DNA of 64,000 bases from a virus, in IMG/VR virus record IMGVR_UViG_3300033148_003055, positions 1 through 64,000 of that record. One strand, given 5' to 3'. Positions 17,185-26,709 of the stretch are shown here, one piece after another. How positions within the stretch are numbered: position 1 is the stretch's first letter; each line of letters opens with the position of its first letter. Position numbers and translations under genes: made by a program. The notes under the pieces were generated by a model. That model was not told where the DNA came from, made no database searches, and was given only the letters and a program-made list of their open reading frames with translations.

Positions 17185-20042
17185 TTCAACGCCTCCTTCA
17201 CGATCTTTGGCAGCTTCCAGTCGACCATCTCCACGACGCCGTCTTCGGTCTGCCCGGCCTTGCCGTTCCATTCCTTCCACGCCTTCTCTCGTGACGGGTT
17301 GGCGCGGTCGCGCTCGGCGTAGAACTTGTACTTGGCGTCGAGGACGTCTGACGGAAGGGCGTGGCCGAGGTGGTAGATGGTCGTGCCCGGGACGGCGAGG
17401 GCCGCGTCGGGCGTGACCTCCATGACCGGCCTGCCTGTCGCAGAGCCGGGGATGCAGTGGCGGAGCCACATGAACGAGTTCCGCCAGTACGACCAGCGAT
17501 AGTGAGGACAAAGCGACGCACCCCCCTCAAGTGGGTAGCCCCAGTGGAGCGACTCGCCCGGGCCGTCGTGGACCCAGTACTTCCCGCCGTGCCACAGGTT
17601 CACCCAGCGAGGGGAGCCTTGAGGGAGGCCCGCCGCGATCCATTCCTCGAGGCCAGTCCAGATTTCGTCGCCGTCGAGGAGGAGATGATAATTGCCTTGG
17701 AGCTTCGAGGTACCCCACGCCCGCATGGCCTTCTTGTTCGGCCAGACGTCGCGGACCTCGAGTGTGATCTTGTTGTCTGGGTCGGGGAAGGCGCGAAGCC
17801 GGTCGAGGCTCCCGTCGTCGATCTCCGGAGCGAGGCGCACGCGCCCGAATGCGATCTTGATCTCGTCGACGTGGGGGTAGATGGACTCGAGGCTCTGGGG
17901 GACGAAGCCCCAGTACGCGATCATGTGTGCTGAGACGTGACGCTCCCGGACGCCGAGGAACGGGATGGCCTCGAGCTCGGCTCGCATCGTCGCGTGCCCG
18001 AACTTGGCGACGTGGGGGGCCGGGTCGATTACCTTCTTAGGCCGGGTGGCGTACTCCCTGACCTTCTCGGTGAAGGCGTCTTCGTCCCCCCACGCCACGT
18101 ACTCGAGCACGTCGCCGTACTCTTCCCTCATGACCGGAAGGTCGTACACGAGCGCGGGCGTCCCACTGCACAACGCTTCCATTGGGACCATCCCGAACCC
18201 CTCGAACTTCGACGGCGCCAGCGCCATGTGCGCCGCGCGGAGCAGGGCGTACTTCTCGACATCCGGGCGGTTGGGGTAGGTGTAGAGCTTGTGGAGGGCG
18301 GTCTCGGGAAGCTTGCAGTTGGGGTGCCCGAAGGTGACGATGTCGAACGGAACGTCCAGAGCCCAGATCGCCTTCATCGCAATGTCGCCGCCCTTGTACT
18401 TCGACGGCCTCGCCGACCAGAGGGCGAACGGGCGGGTCGGCAGCTCCACGTCCGCCGTCTTCGACATCTCGAGGGCGTACGTGTTGACCTTCGGCGCGTT
18501 GACGTATACAGGCTTGTCGGTCTCGAGCCATTTCTGAAGGTACCTGCCGGACTCCCTGGAGTTGGCGATGAGAGCGTCCGCGTCGGCGAAGTTCTCCTTC
18601 TCCTGCCCGCCGAGGGCGACGGCGTAGTCGGGGAGGAACTCGTGGACCCAGTTCGGCGTCTCGAAGTTCACGCAAGCGAACGGCCGTCCGCGAGCCTCCG
18701 CCCACTCCTGGGCCTTCTGCCCGAAGCCAACCTTGGAGTCGGTGATGGCAACGTCGATGTCCTCAGGGATCGGGTCGACCCCACTGATGATGAGGTGGAT
18801 GCGTTCGGTGGCGGCGTAGTCCTTCGCCCAGCGCGGAGCCCCGCCGGTGATCAGGAATACTTCGGCCCCGAGGTCGGCCGCCCAGGTGATCGCGTCCTGG
18901 TACATGTGAATGCGCCCGCCCGAGTAGCTGCCCGAGTTGGCGAGCCAGATTCCGAATCGTTTCGTGAACGTCCCGGCGAGGTCGCTGAAGGTATCCTCGA
19001 GCGCGTTGTCGTCGTCGAGGAGGAGGCCCTTCCGGGCGCGGAGCTGGTAGCGGTAGGTGTTGGTGCCCTGCTTCGCGGCCATCTTCGTCGACATGGAACT
19101 CTGCGTCCGACGGCACCAGGCGAGCCTTTGTTCAAGGGCGACGATCTGCCTCCCCTCCGTGGCCATCTCGAACCGCAGGAACATCGCGCAGTCGCCCGCG
19201 GGGATTTCCTTCTCTCTCCAACCGCCGACGTAGTCGTACAGGCTCTTCCGGTACGCCCGCACGCCGCACACGTAGCAGCCGTCCGATAGGATCGACCCGG
19301 AGCGGTAGAGAGGTTTGTCGAAGCGACGGAAGGCGAGGCCCTCCCCGACGGATGCCTGGTCCTCCTCGACGAACCAGTCCTCCGGTTGGAAGTTGGGGTG
19401 GAGGTGGTCGGCCGCGGCAAACATCATCGCCCCGCCATACACGAAGCTGTTCCCGGCCCGCATCGCGTTACGCATGAGACGCAACGCTCCGGGGCAGAGC
19501 AGGTCGTGGTCGTCCAGCTCGACGACCATCGCCTCGTCGGGCACGTGCGCCATCCCCGTGGTCCTCGGGACGTTCGGTGCGCCGGTGTGTTCAGGCAGCC
19601 CTTCCACGATGACCTTCGTGGTGATCGTTGAGCACGCTTTCTTCACGATCTTTGTGACCTCGTCCAAACCCTCCGGCCCGTCGTTGATCACAACGATGCC
19701 GGCTGGCTCGAGGTCCTGGGCGACGAGAGACTTGAGGCACTGTCCAAGGTGGAGGCTACGGTCGAACGTCGGAATCACAACCCAGATCGGGCCGGGGTCG
19801 GCCTTCGCGATCTTGTACTGGCCCGACGGCCGGGACGAACGCTTGGGTGTCGGGGTTGGGGTCGGGGTGGCAGTCTCGAGTTGCTTGCGACGGTGTGGGT
19901 CGACGCCACATTCGACCGCCTGCTTATTCGCGAGCAGGAGGTTGGCGTCGTCGTCAGTAATTCTACCAGGGGACCGAAGGACCGCGCCGACGGCGTAGGA
20001 TTCGCCACCGACCTCGCAACTCTCGATGAGCTTGACTAGCAC
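17181..20042 (-). CDS. Multidomain glycosyltransferase (GT2 + GT4 + GT-A-like)
   Basis: VVIPTFDR..INDG..LDDHD (GT2); PSKFEGFGMVPMEA (GT4); LLLDGDEIW (third GT-A); N-terminal small domain plus TPTPTP linker. Confidence 0.9.
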   Translation of the reverse strand: MLVKLIESCEVGGESYAVGAVLRSPGRITDDDANLLLANKQAVECGVDPHRRKQLETATPTPTPTPKRSSRPSGQYKIAKADPGPIWVVIPTFDRSLHLGQCLKSLVAQDLEPAGIVVINDGPEGLDEVTKIVKKACSTITTKVIVEGLPEHTGAPNVPRTTGMAHVPDEAMVVELDDHDLLCPGALRLMRNAMRAGNSFVYGGAMMFAAADHLHPNFQPEDWFVEEDQASVGEGLAFRRFDKPLYRSGSILSDGCYVCGVRAYRKSLYDYVGGWREKEIPAGDCAMFLRFEMATEGRQIVALEQRLAWCRRTQSSMSTKMAAKQGTNTYRYQLRARKGLLLDDDNALEDTFSDLAGTFTKRFGIWLANSGSYSGGRIHMYQDAITWAADLGAEVFLITGGAPRWAKDYAATERIHLIISGVDPIPEDIDVAITDSKVGFGQKAQEWAEARGRPFACVNFETPNWVHEFLPDYAVALGGQEKENFADADALIANSRESGRYLQKWLETDKPVYVNAPKVNTYALEMSKTADVELPTRPFALWSARPSKYKGGDIAMKAIWALDVPFDIVTFGHPNCKLPETALHKLYTYPNRPDVEKYALLRAAHMALAPSKFEGFGMVPMEALCSGTPALVYDLPVMREEYGDVLEYVAWGDEDAFTEKVREYATRPKKVIDPAPHVAKFGHATMRAELEAIPFLGVRERHVSAHMIAYWGFVPQSLESIYPHVDEIKIAFGRVRLAPEIDDGSLDRLRAFPDPDNKITLEVRDVWPNKKAMRAWGTSKLQGNYHLLLDGDEIWTGLEEWIAAGLPQGSPRWVNLWHGGKYWVHDGPGESLHWGYPLEGGASLCPHYRWSYWRNSFMWLRHCIPGSATGRPVMEVTPDAALAVPGTTIYHLGHALPSDVLDAKYKFYAERDRANPSREKAWKEWNGKAGQTEDGVVEMVDWKLPKIVKEALK

Positions 20043-20069
20043 TAGACCCCTCCTCGCTTAGGGGTGGGC

Positions 20070-20091
20070 GGGGCGGCGAGATTGCCGCCCC
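20070..20091 (-). other. GC-rich hairpin downstream of major capsid gene
   Basis: GGGGCGGC / GCCGCCCC inverted repeat; no U-tract, so attenuator or stabiliser rather than a clear terminator. Confidence 0.4.
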
Positions 20092-20115
20092 AACCCAGGT
20101 TTGCTACATCACGGC

Positions 20116-21261
20116 TTAGACGCCCGTGATGTCCTTGCCGAGCGCGAAGGCGTCTTCGAGCGCGACCTTTCCGTCGAAGCGGCCGACCATCTTGACGCCG
20201 GTCGTGCCCTGCTCCCAGAAGCGTCCGCCGGACTCCGTGGAGAAGTCGAGCTTCATGCGGTCGAACCACATGTAGGACATCAGGTCACCGAGGTAGAGGA
20301 CGTCGGTGGCGAAGTCGTCCTGACGCGAGTAAGCGAATCCTGCGATCGTTGCGGGCTGACCCTCAACGATACCCCGCTCGAAGATCGGGCGGTTCTGAAG
20401 GTCGACGAGACCTGCGATCTCATCGATAACGCTCGTGTTTCCGATCCAGCGAGCATTCTTCCGGTACTTGGCCGGAAGCTTCTTCTTGATCTCGATCAGG
20501 CCAGCATACGTGATGCTGTTCGAGAGCGAGACGGACTGGGTGATCGTCGCCGAAGCGATACCGGTCGGCTGCGTGGTGCCAGCGCCGATTGCGACCATCT
20601 TGTCCTGTTCCTCGATCAGTCCCTGGGTGAAGAGACGCGTGACGTCGGCGATGACGTTGATCGGGGAATCCTGCAGGAGGTAGTAGGAAACCTCGGTGAA
20701 CAGATAGCACTCGTACGCGGTGAACGTGATCTGGCCGTAGGCCGGATCGCTCGCCGTGTAGGCAGCTGCCTCTGTGCGGTTCCAGCGCCGCGTTACCGCG
20801 GAGCCTTCCTTGGGGACCGTGCCCGTGTCGCTCGTCACCGGAACCCGGCGAACGTGCGGCATGAGCTCGGAGAAGTCTCCCGCCTTCTCGATCATCTGGG
20901 CGATGTACTCGACGGGCGTGAGGTCCGCTCCTTCGGTGCTCTCTGTGAGGGCCTTCTGGCGAATGTCCTCGACGTACGGCAGCGTGCTGTTGAGCCACGA
21001 CTGCTTGGCGAGCATCTGGGCCTTGGCGATGTGAACCGCCTGGTCCGGGCCCTGCTTGCCGGCGAGCACCTTGTAGAGGTACCACTGGCCGAGCAGCTGC
21101 TCGGGCGTCAGGTCATTGATGCCCTTCTTCTCGGCACCGAAGACCATCTCGACGCGCTTGTCCTTGTTCATCGCAGCTGCCTTCTTCTCGATCTCGCTCG
21201 CCACCATCTTGGGGATGGAGTCTGCGATCTCGCCGAGCGCTGCCTTCAGCTTCTCATTCAT
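20116..21261 (-). CDS. Major capsid protein (HK97 fold)
   Basis: GADLTPVEY, EVSYYLLQDS, GAGTTQPTGI, LVDLQNRPIF, GDLMSY, RFDGK. Confidence 0.95.
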   Translation of the reverse strand: MNEKLKAALGEIADSIPKMVASEIEKKAAAMNKDKRVEMVFGAEKKGINDLTPEQLLGQWYLYKVLAGKQGPDQAVHIAKAQMLAKQSWLNSTLPYVEDIRQKALTESTEGADLTPVEYIAQMIEKAGDFSELMPHVRRVPVTSDTGTVPKEGSAVTRRWNRTEAAAYTASDPAYGQITFTAYECYLFTEVSYYLLQDSPINVIADVTRLFTQGLIEEQDKMVAIGAGTTQPTGIASATITQSVSLSNSITYAGLIEIKKKLPAKYRKNARWIGNTSVIDEIAGLVDLQNRPIFERGIVEGQPATIAGFAYSRQDDFATDVLYLGDLMSYMWFDRMKLDFSTESGGRFWEQGTTGVKMVGRFDGKVALEDAFALGKDITGV

Positions 21262-21349
21262 GTCGGGTCCTTCCGTTCTCCTCGCAAGTTGTTGTCGTCG
21301 TCGGTGGCCTGCGACTTTCAGCCCGGAGGGCCTGCGCCTTTCAGCCTTC

Positions 21350-22894
21350 TTAGTCGAGCACGCGACCGAGGTGCTTGTCGATCTCGCGCTTTACCGTCTC
21401 CACGATCCGCTCCTTCAGGTCCGCGGCGAACTCCTTGGCCTCGTCGTCGGTGACCTCGTCGTCGTCTTCCGGTTCCTCGTGTCCGGCATCCTTATCGGTT
21501 GCTGGGGGTGCCTCCTTCAAGCCGATCTTGTCACGAAGTTCGACAAGCCTCTCGAGGGTCTCGGCCGTCTCCTTCATCTCGTCCCGCAGTTCGACGAGCG
21601 CGACCTTGGCCTGGGTGGTGTCGAGCTCGAGTTCGGCCTTGATGACTGCGACCCGTTCGTTGACCTGATCTTCGACGTAGTCAATGATCGCATCGGCAGC
21701 TTCGTCGCTTACACCGAAGGTGTCCTGGAGGCCCTGGCGAAGTGCTTCCTCGGCGTCGTCTTCAGCATCGCTCCCGTCGTCGGTCTCCTCGTCTTCGCCA
21801 TCGTCGTCGTCTGCTTCGGGCTCGTCGACCGTGTCGCCGTCGGCGGGCTTCCCTTCGTCCTCCGGGTCGGTCTCAACCGCACTGTCATCGGACGCGGGTT
21901 CCTCAGGCGCGGCTTCGCCTTCGTCGTCCCCCGCGTCCGTTTCCCCCTCGGAGTCCTCGACCGGTTCGGCGGACCCGTCGGCCTCGTCGCCTTCTGCGGG
22001 AGCTCCATCGCCACTGGGCGCGGGGGTCGCGTCGGGAGTCTCCTCGGGGGTGCCACCCTCATCGGGCTCCGGCGCATTGGTCTCTTCCGGTGTCTCTATG
22101 ACGTCGTCGGCATCCTTGCCGGTGCCGGGGCGCTTCGCCCTCCGCATCTCGCCACCGCACTCCGGGCACTCGATCTCGCGGCAGTGTTCGTCGGACGACA
22201 TCTTGTGCCCACAGTCCAGGCACTCGCATTCGTACTTCATCTCCTCGTCCTCCTCGCTCTTGATCCCCTTCTCTCTCATCTCGTGCGCCCAGTCAGCGAC
22301 GGACTTGACGACGTCCGCCGTTGTGCCGGTATGCATGGCGTTGGTCAAGGCGCTGGGGCAGGCGCCGACGGTGACGGCGGACAGCTCGAGGAGTTCCCAC
22401 GACTTGATGTCAACCGGACCCCACAACTCTCCGTCACTGTCCTTGTCGCCTTCGATGGCGTCCCACTTGAGCGGGATGAAGCCGATACTCCAGGCGCTCA
22501 TGAAGCCGTTCTTGTACAGGTAGAGGAGTTCCATTCCGAGAGCGGTCTCGGCGAACTTGACCTTGGCGGTCACAGAACCGGCACCCTTCTTGATGGAGCC
22601 CTTAACGACCTTCCCGACGGCGGGCAGATCGTTGCGGTGACCGAAGAGGACCACCGAGTTCTTCCGGTAGTTCTGGAGCTTGGCTCCGCTGGAGCGAACG
22701 ATGTCGCCGTGGCGGTCGGTCTCGGTCGCGGTCATGGTGACCTCGATCTCGTCCTCCGCCAGGCCCGCGCCCTTCGTTCGAATCGACGGGGTGATCGTCA
22801 TTGCGATCATGTCCGGACCGCGGTGCTCCGCCCCCTTGCACTCCCGCTGGAACCGGGCGACCAGCTCCTTGCGTTCCGTCATGTTAATGTCCAT
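21350..22894 (-). CDS. Prohead protease (HK97 family) with zinc ribbon and acidic scaffold-like C-terminus
   Basis: DRHGDIV, VLFGH, AWSIGF, LLELSAVTVGACPSA; CLDC..CPEC; long D/E tract. Confidence 0.93.
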   Translation of the reverse strand: MDINMTERKELVARFQRECKGAEHRGPDMIAMTITPSIRTKGAGLAEDEIEVTMTATETDRHGDIVRSSGAKLQNYRKNSVVLFGHRNDLPAVGKVVKGSIKKGAGSVTAKVKFAETALGMELLYLYKNGFMSAWSIGFIPLKWDAIEGDKDSDGELWGPVDIKSWELLELSAVTVGACPSALTNAMHTGTTADVVKSVADWAHEMREKGIKSEEDEEMKYECECLDCGHKMSSDEHCREIECPECGGEMRRAKRPGTGKDADDVIETPEETNAPEPDEGGTPEETPDATPAPSGDGAPAEGDEADGSAEPVEDSEGETDAGDDEGEAAPEEPASDDSAVETDPEDEGKPADGDTVDEPEADDDDGEDEETDDGSDAEDDAEEALRQGLQDTFGVSDEAADAIIDYVEDQVNERVAVIKAELELDTTQAKVALVELRDEMKETAETLERLVELRDKIGLKEAPPATDKDAGHEEPEDDDEVTDDEAKEFAADLKERIVETVKREIDKHLGRVLD

Positions 22895-22901
22895 CTTCCC
22901 C

Positions 22902-25064
22902 TCAACCTTCCTGCTCTTGGATGAGCTTATCGAACGCGGCGAGCTCCCGCTTGCCCTGATCCCGGAATGACTTCGACATGGTCGTCTTCATCGAGGCGTA
23001 GCCTCTGCTCTGCACGCCCTCCGCGATGACGGCGTGGGCGAACTTGACCTCGTACGAGGCGCCCTTGTTCTTGTAGACCCCGAGGGCGGTGCAGTTGCAG
23101 TTGACCGTCTCGGCGGGCGAGCCGCTGAAGTCGCCAGGCCTGAACAGCACTGAATCCCCTACGTTGAAATAGCCGTCGTTCTTCACGACCTGACCGTTCG
23201 CCGAGGCGTGCGTGTCTCGGGTGTTGACGAAGATCGCAGACCACTCCTTGTACGGCACCTTCATAGCCGTCCGCACGTCCTGGCTCGCGGCGTTCTGGGC
23301 GTCGGTGGCCTCGGTGCGCGCGATGCGGTCGGCCCGGTAGTCGGACTGGCCCTTGTAGACCTCCTTGACCCTGTCCCTCAACTGTTGCCACGTCTCGCCA
23401 GCCTCAAGGCCCTGGGCGAGCGTCGCGGACAGCTTGGCCCGCGTGGAGGCGAGCAGGTCGTCGAAGTACTCCAGGTCCTTGCCCTCGAGGTACTCCGTGA
23501 TGAACGGGTCGAAGTCGGGGATGTCCTCGGCCCCGGGGACGTTCGCCATCTCGAGGTCCCAGCCGCCCTTGAAGACGGTGCGGTACCGAGGCGTCATGAC
23601 CCCGGACATCGTCGCCGCCTCTTCGGACCAATCCAGCGAGCCCGCGACCCAGACGTCCGGGCGGAAGCCTCCGGCGGGATCGTCAAGGCCCTTCTGTTGC
23701 TCCGGAGCGTTGGTTGCTCCGGAGGGATTCGAACCCCCGTGACGCGGTCCAGGGCCGCGCATCTTGCCGCTAGATGACGGAGCAACCGTCGTCTCTGTCT
23801 CTTCCGGTATCCCGGTGTCTGCGATGGGGATGAGCCGGTTGTTGACCATGAGCGCGTCGGCGTTCTCATCCTGCGACGGCTCCACTCCGATCTGCTCACG
23901 GGCCTCGTTGCGGGAGATGATCCCGGCGTCCACATCCTCCTTGCGGCGGGTGTGCATAGCCTGCTCGTCAAGTGGGATGACCGAGTCGAACTCGCAGAAG
24001 AGGCGCTCGTCGAACGCCTGGCACACCTCGATGGTCAGGAGGTCCTGCCACTGACGGAGCAGGGGCGTGACCGTGTTCGACTTGAAGCCGTAGTCGGCGG
24101 ACGCAGACGACGCCCGGTTGGCGTCCTTCAGGATGCCGAGGATCGCCTCCGACACTCCGTACACCCCGAGCAGCTCTTCGCGGTTCGCCTGGCTCGACTC
24201 GAGGTAGTTCATTTCCTTCGGCGACATGCGCCACGGCGTAGCCGTCAGGCCACCACCCAGGAGCAGGGACTTGCCGGCGTTGGCCGAGCCCTCGTACTTC
24301 GCCCGGAGCTGGGTGCGGATACGCTCGATCTGCTCCTTGCCGAGCTCCTGTTCGGAGGTGATGAGGAGCGACGGGTCGGCGCCCTGGGAGAAGGTCTTGT
24401 CCTGAGACTCGTGGATGGCCCGGTGGACGTTGACGGCCTCGGTGGCGGCCTGCAACGGACTGACCCCGTACACCTCACTCTGCGGATCGGGGTAGAGCCC
24501 GTGTCCTACCTGATCGGCGTCGAAGGTCTTGCGGTTCCCGAAGCTGATGTTGTACTGGAACTGCGGCTCCCCGCCGACGCCGACGGAGATGTCGACCTTG
24601 TCGGGGAGGAGAATCCAGAGCTTGTCGATCCGCCCGAGCCCCTCGCGATCCTTGAGGAAGTAGCAGTCCCCGGTGAGGTCGAGGTAGACCTGCTGCTTGT
24701 ATATCCACTGCCACCACGTCTGGAGCGGGTTGGGCCGATTGAGAAGCTGAACGACGCGCCCGGCTCCGGCTTCGTTCGCCACAACCTCGCGCCGGTCCCC
24801 GTCCGGGAGGCGGACGTAGACCCGCAGCTTGGCCTGGGCGACGGCGGTGGCACGGGCGTTGACCGCGGCGTATATCCAGTGCTTGAAGTGCTTGAGTTGC
24901 TCGGCGGGGTCCTGGTTCTCTGATAGGCGCGTGCCAGAGTTCCCGCTGAACGCCTCGAGGAGCCCGGCCCCAGGACCGCCTCCCGTAATGCTGGTGACCG
25001 CCTTCCCCTTTGCGTCAACCCCCCGGAGGTAATCGAGCGCCCTGCGGATGATCGACCTCGGCAT
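22902..25064 (-). CDS. Portal protein fused to MuF/gp7-like minor head domain
   Basis: LLNRPNP, YGVSPLQA, AGKSLLLGGG, ISRNEARE (portal); RADRIARTE, RDTHASANGQ, PG...ETVNCNC (MuF). Confidence 0.92.
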   Translation of the reverse strand: MPRSIIRRALDYLRGVDAKGKAVTSITGGGPGAGLLEAFSGNSGTRLSENQDPAEQLKHFKHWIYAAVNARATAVAQAKLRVYVRLPDGDRREVVANEAGAGRVVQLLNRPNPLQTWWQWIYKQQVYLDLTGDCYFLKDREGLGRIDKLWILLPDKVDISVGVGGEPQFQYNISFGNRKTFDADQVGHGLYPDPQSEVYGVSPLQAATEAVNVHRAIHESQDKTFSQGADPSLLITSEQELGKEQIERIRTQLRAKYEGSANAGKSLLLGGGLTATPWRMSPKEMNYLESSQANREELLGVYGVSEAILGILKDANRASSASADYGFKSNTVTPLLRQWQDLLTIEVCQAFDERLFCEFDSVIPLDEQAMHTRRKEDVDAGIISRNEAREQIGVEPSQDENADALMVNNRLIPIADTGIPEETETTVAPSSSGKMRGPGPRHGGSNPSGATNAPEQQKGLDDPAGGFRPDVWVAGSLDWSEEAATMSGVMTPRYRTVFKGGWDLEMANVPGAEDIPDFDPFITEYLEGKDLEYFDDLLASTRAKLSATLAQGLEAGETWQQLRDRVKEVYKGQSDYRADRIARTEATDAQNAASQDVRTAMKVPYKEWSAIFVNTRDTHASANGQVVKNDGYFNVGDSVLFRPGDFSGSPAETVNCNCTALGVYKNKGASYEVKFAHAVIAEGVQSRGYASMKTTMSKSFRDQGKRELAAFDKLIQEQEG

Positions 25065-25330
25065 TACTTCTTCTCCTTGAGGTCGCGGATGGCCCTGTAG
25101 ATCAGCCACATCATCGCGACCTGGACGAACGGGATAAACGGCGAAACCGCCGCGACCATCATCTCGAATAGCGAGGGCTGGGGCATCACTTGAGCATCAC
25201 CCTTCGGGGCTCGCGATCGGGATCGGGGCGGACCTCGCCAGACCCTCGGTGGCAGACCGAGCACGTCAGGATGCTGGCAGTCTTCGTCGTGACCAGGGTC
25301 GTCTTCCCACCGCAGAAGCGACAGGTCCCG

Positions 25331-25657
25331 TTACGATGGATCGTTGCTACCTTCGGGTTCGTCATCCGGTTCTCCAATCACGTCTCGCTCGATGGCCTGG
25401 AACTGCTCGAACCCCTTCCGCGTCATCGACGGCTCCGCGCCTGTGACGATGTCGATGAGGTGGTTGGTCAGCAGCGTGTCGAATTCCTCCAGGTCTACGC
25501 ACTCGACCCACCCGTCGGTGAGCCCGAACACCCGGCCGCTGTAGCCGAGCATGTAGATACGCCGGGGTCTGTCTTCGTCTTCCATGCGCTCGTTCACGCG
25601 GAGGACTTCGACGGACTCTATGCTGGCGAGCTCTGCGATGAATTCGCGCTCGGTCAT
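25331..25657 (-). CDS. Hypothetical protein
   Basis: 108 aa ORF with AAGGGGTG RBS. Confidence 0.6.
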   Translation of the reverse strand: MTEREFIAELASIESVEVLRVNERMEDEDRPRRIYMLGYSGRVFGLTDGWVECVDLEEFDTLLTNHLIDIVTGAEPSMTRKGFEQFQAIERDVIGEPDDEPEGSNDPS

Positions 25658-25749
25658 ATCACCCCCTTATCGGTACGGGAGCGATTTGATTTCAAGGGGT
25701 TTTACGAAGCGCCCCCGACCAGGACGATCGGGGGAGTGGGGTGATTCTA

Positions 25750-25935
25750 CTATCGGTTCGAGATTGCCGCTTCGATAGCGGCCCGAACCTCCTCGTTCTT
25801 CTCTTGATCCAGGCTCATGTTAAAGCACTGCCCCCGTTCCTTGCCCTGGTCGTCCGTCCAGAACAGGGTATAGAAGTAGCGCCCGGTCCCGTCCGGCCCT
25901 CTATGAATTTCAGCGCGGATTGTTTTCTTACGCAT
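25750..25935 (-). CDS. Hypothetical protein
   Basis: 61 aa ORF with GAGG RBS in promoter-led cassette. Confidence 0.6.
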   Translation of the reverse strand: MRKKTIRAEIHRGPDGTGRYFYTLFWTDDQGKERGQCFNMSLDQEKNEEVRAAIEAAISNR

Positions 25936-25944
25936 TTGGTTTCC

Positions 25945-26205
25945 TCACATCATGACGGTGATGGTTTTCACGCAGTCGCCAAGGTCGCTAACGGCCTGCT
26001 TCGGCAGCTGGACGCCGAGTCTGCGCGCCGACTCTACGGCGTCCAACACTTCCTCGAAGGCCTTGGTCAGTCTGGTCTTGGCCGTCTCGCGCATAAAGGA
26101 GGAGTAGCACTTGCCGCAGATGCTATCGTGCATTCCTTTTTCGCAGGCAGCCAACTTGACGCCACACGTGCTGCAGGTCTCTTCGGTCTTCGTCTTGGTC
26201 GTCAT
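25945..26205 (-). CDS. Hypothetical Cys-rich protein
   Basis: 86 aa, CSTC..CGKC, GAGGAG RBS. Confidence 0.65.
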   Translation of the reverse strand: MTTKTKTEETCSTCGVKLAACEKGMHDSICGKCYSSFMRETAKTRLTKAFEEVLDAVESARRLGVQLPKQAVSDLGDCVKTITVMM

Positions 26206-26281
26206 GGTTTTGTTCTCCTCAGCGTCCCACCACGGGCCGCCACTCCCGACCCCCCCTTCCAGAGGGGGCGGGGTGGGGGTC

Positions 26282-26500
26282 CTAGATGGTGATGGACTCG
26301 ATGGCCTTCTCCACGGCCTTGGAGGCGCGGTGGCAGGTGCTGCGAGTGGCGGGGTCGAGCTCGGCAGCGTCGGCCTTCATCTCGGTGTAGTCGTTGACGA
26401 TGAACTTGAGAAGGAGGATGTCCTTGGCAGTGAGCGTCACGTTCTTCGTTACGTCGATCATGATTCCGGTCTCCTTGGTTGCGGTCGTTGTGTTGTTCAT
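26282..26500 (-). CDS. Hypothetical protein
   Basis: 72 aa, first ORF after the promoter at 26524-26551. Confidence 0.65.
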   Translation of the reverse strand: MNNTTTATKETGIMIDVTKNVTLTAKDILLLKFIVNDYTEMKADAAELDPATRSTCHRASKAVEKAIESITI

Positions 26501-26523
26501 TTCTCTGTCCCCTATCTACTAGT

Positions 26524-26551
26524 AATATACACCATCTATCGGCGGATGCAA
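26524..26551 (-). promoter_or_regulatory. Sigma70-like promoter
   Basis: TTGCAT-N16-TATATT with AT-rich upstream tract in an otherwise GC-rich genome. Confidence 0.55.
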
Positions 26552-26709
26552 GGACAAAATCCACGGATTCTGAAAATAATTTTAATGGCCCGTAGACCCC
26601 TGTACGAGGCATTCTACGGGGGTCACGGCCTGAGGCCCTGATGGGGAATCCGTGGACTCCTCACGATGGGGGCGTCTCGGGCGGTCATCCGGACGCCACG
26701 CCCGGGACC

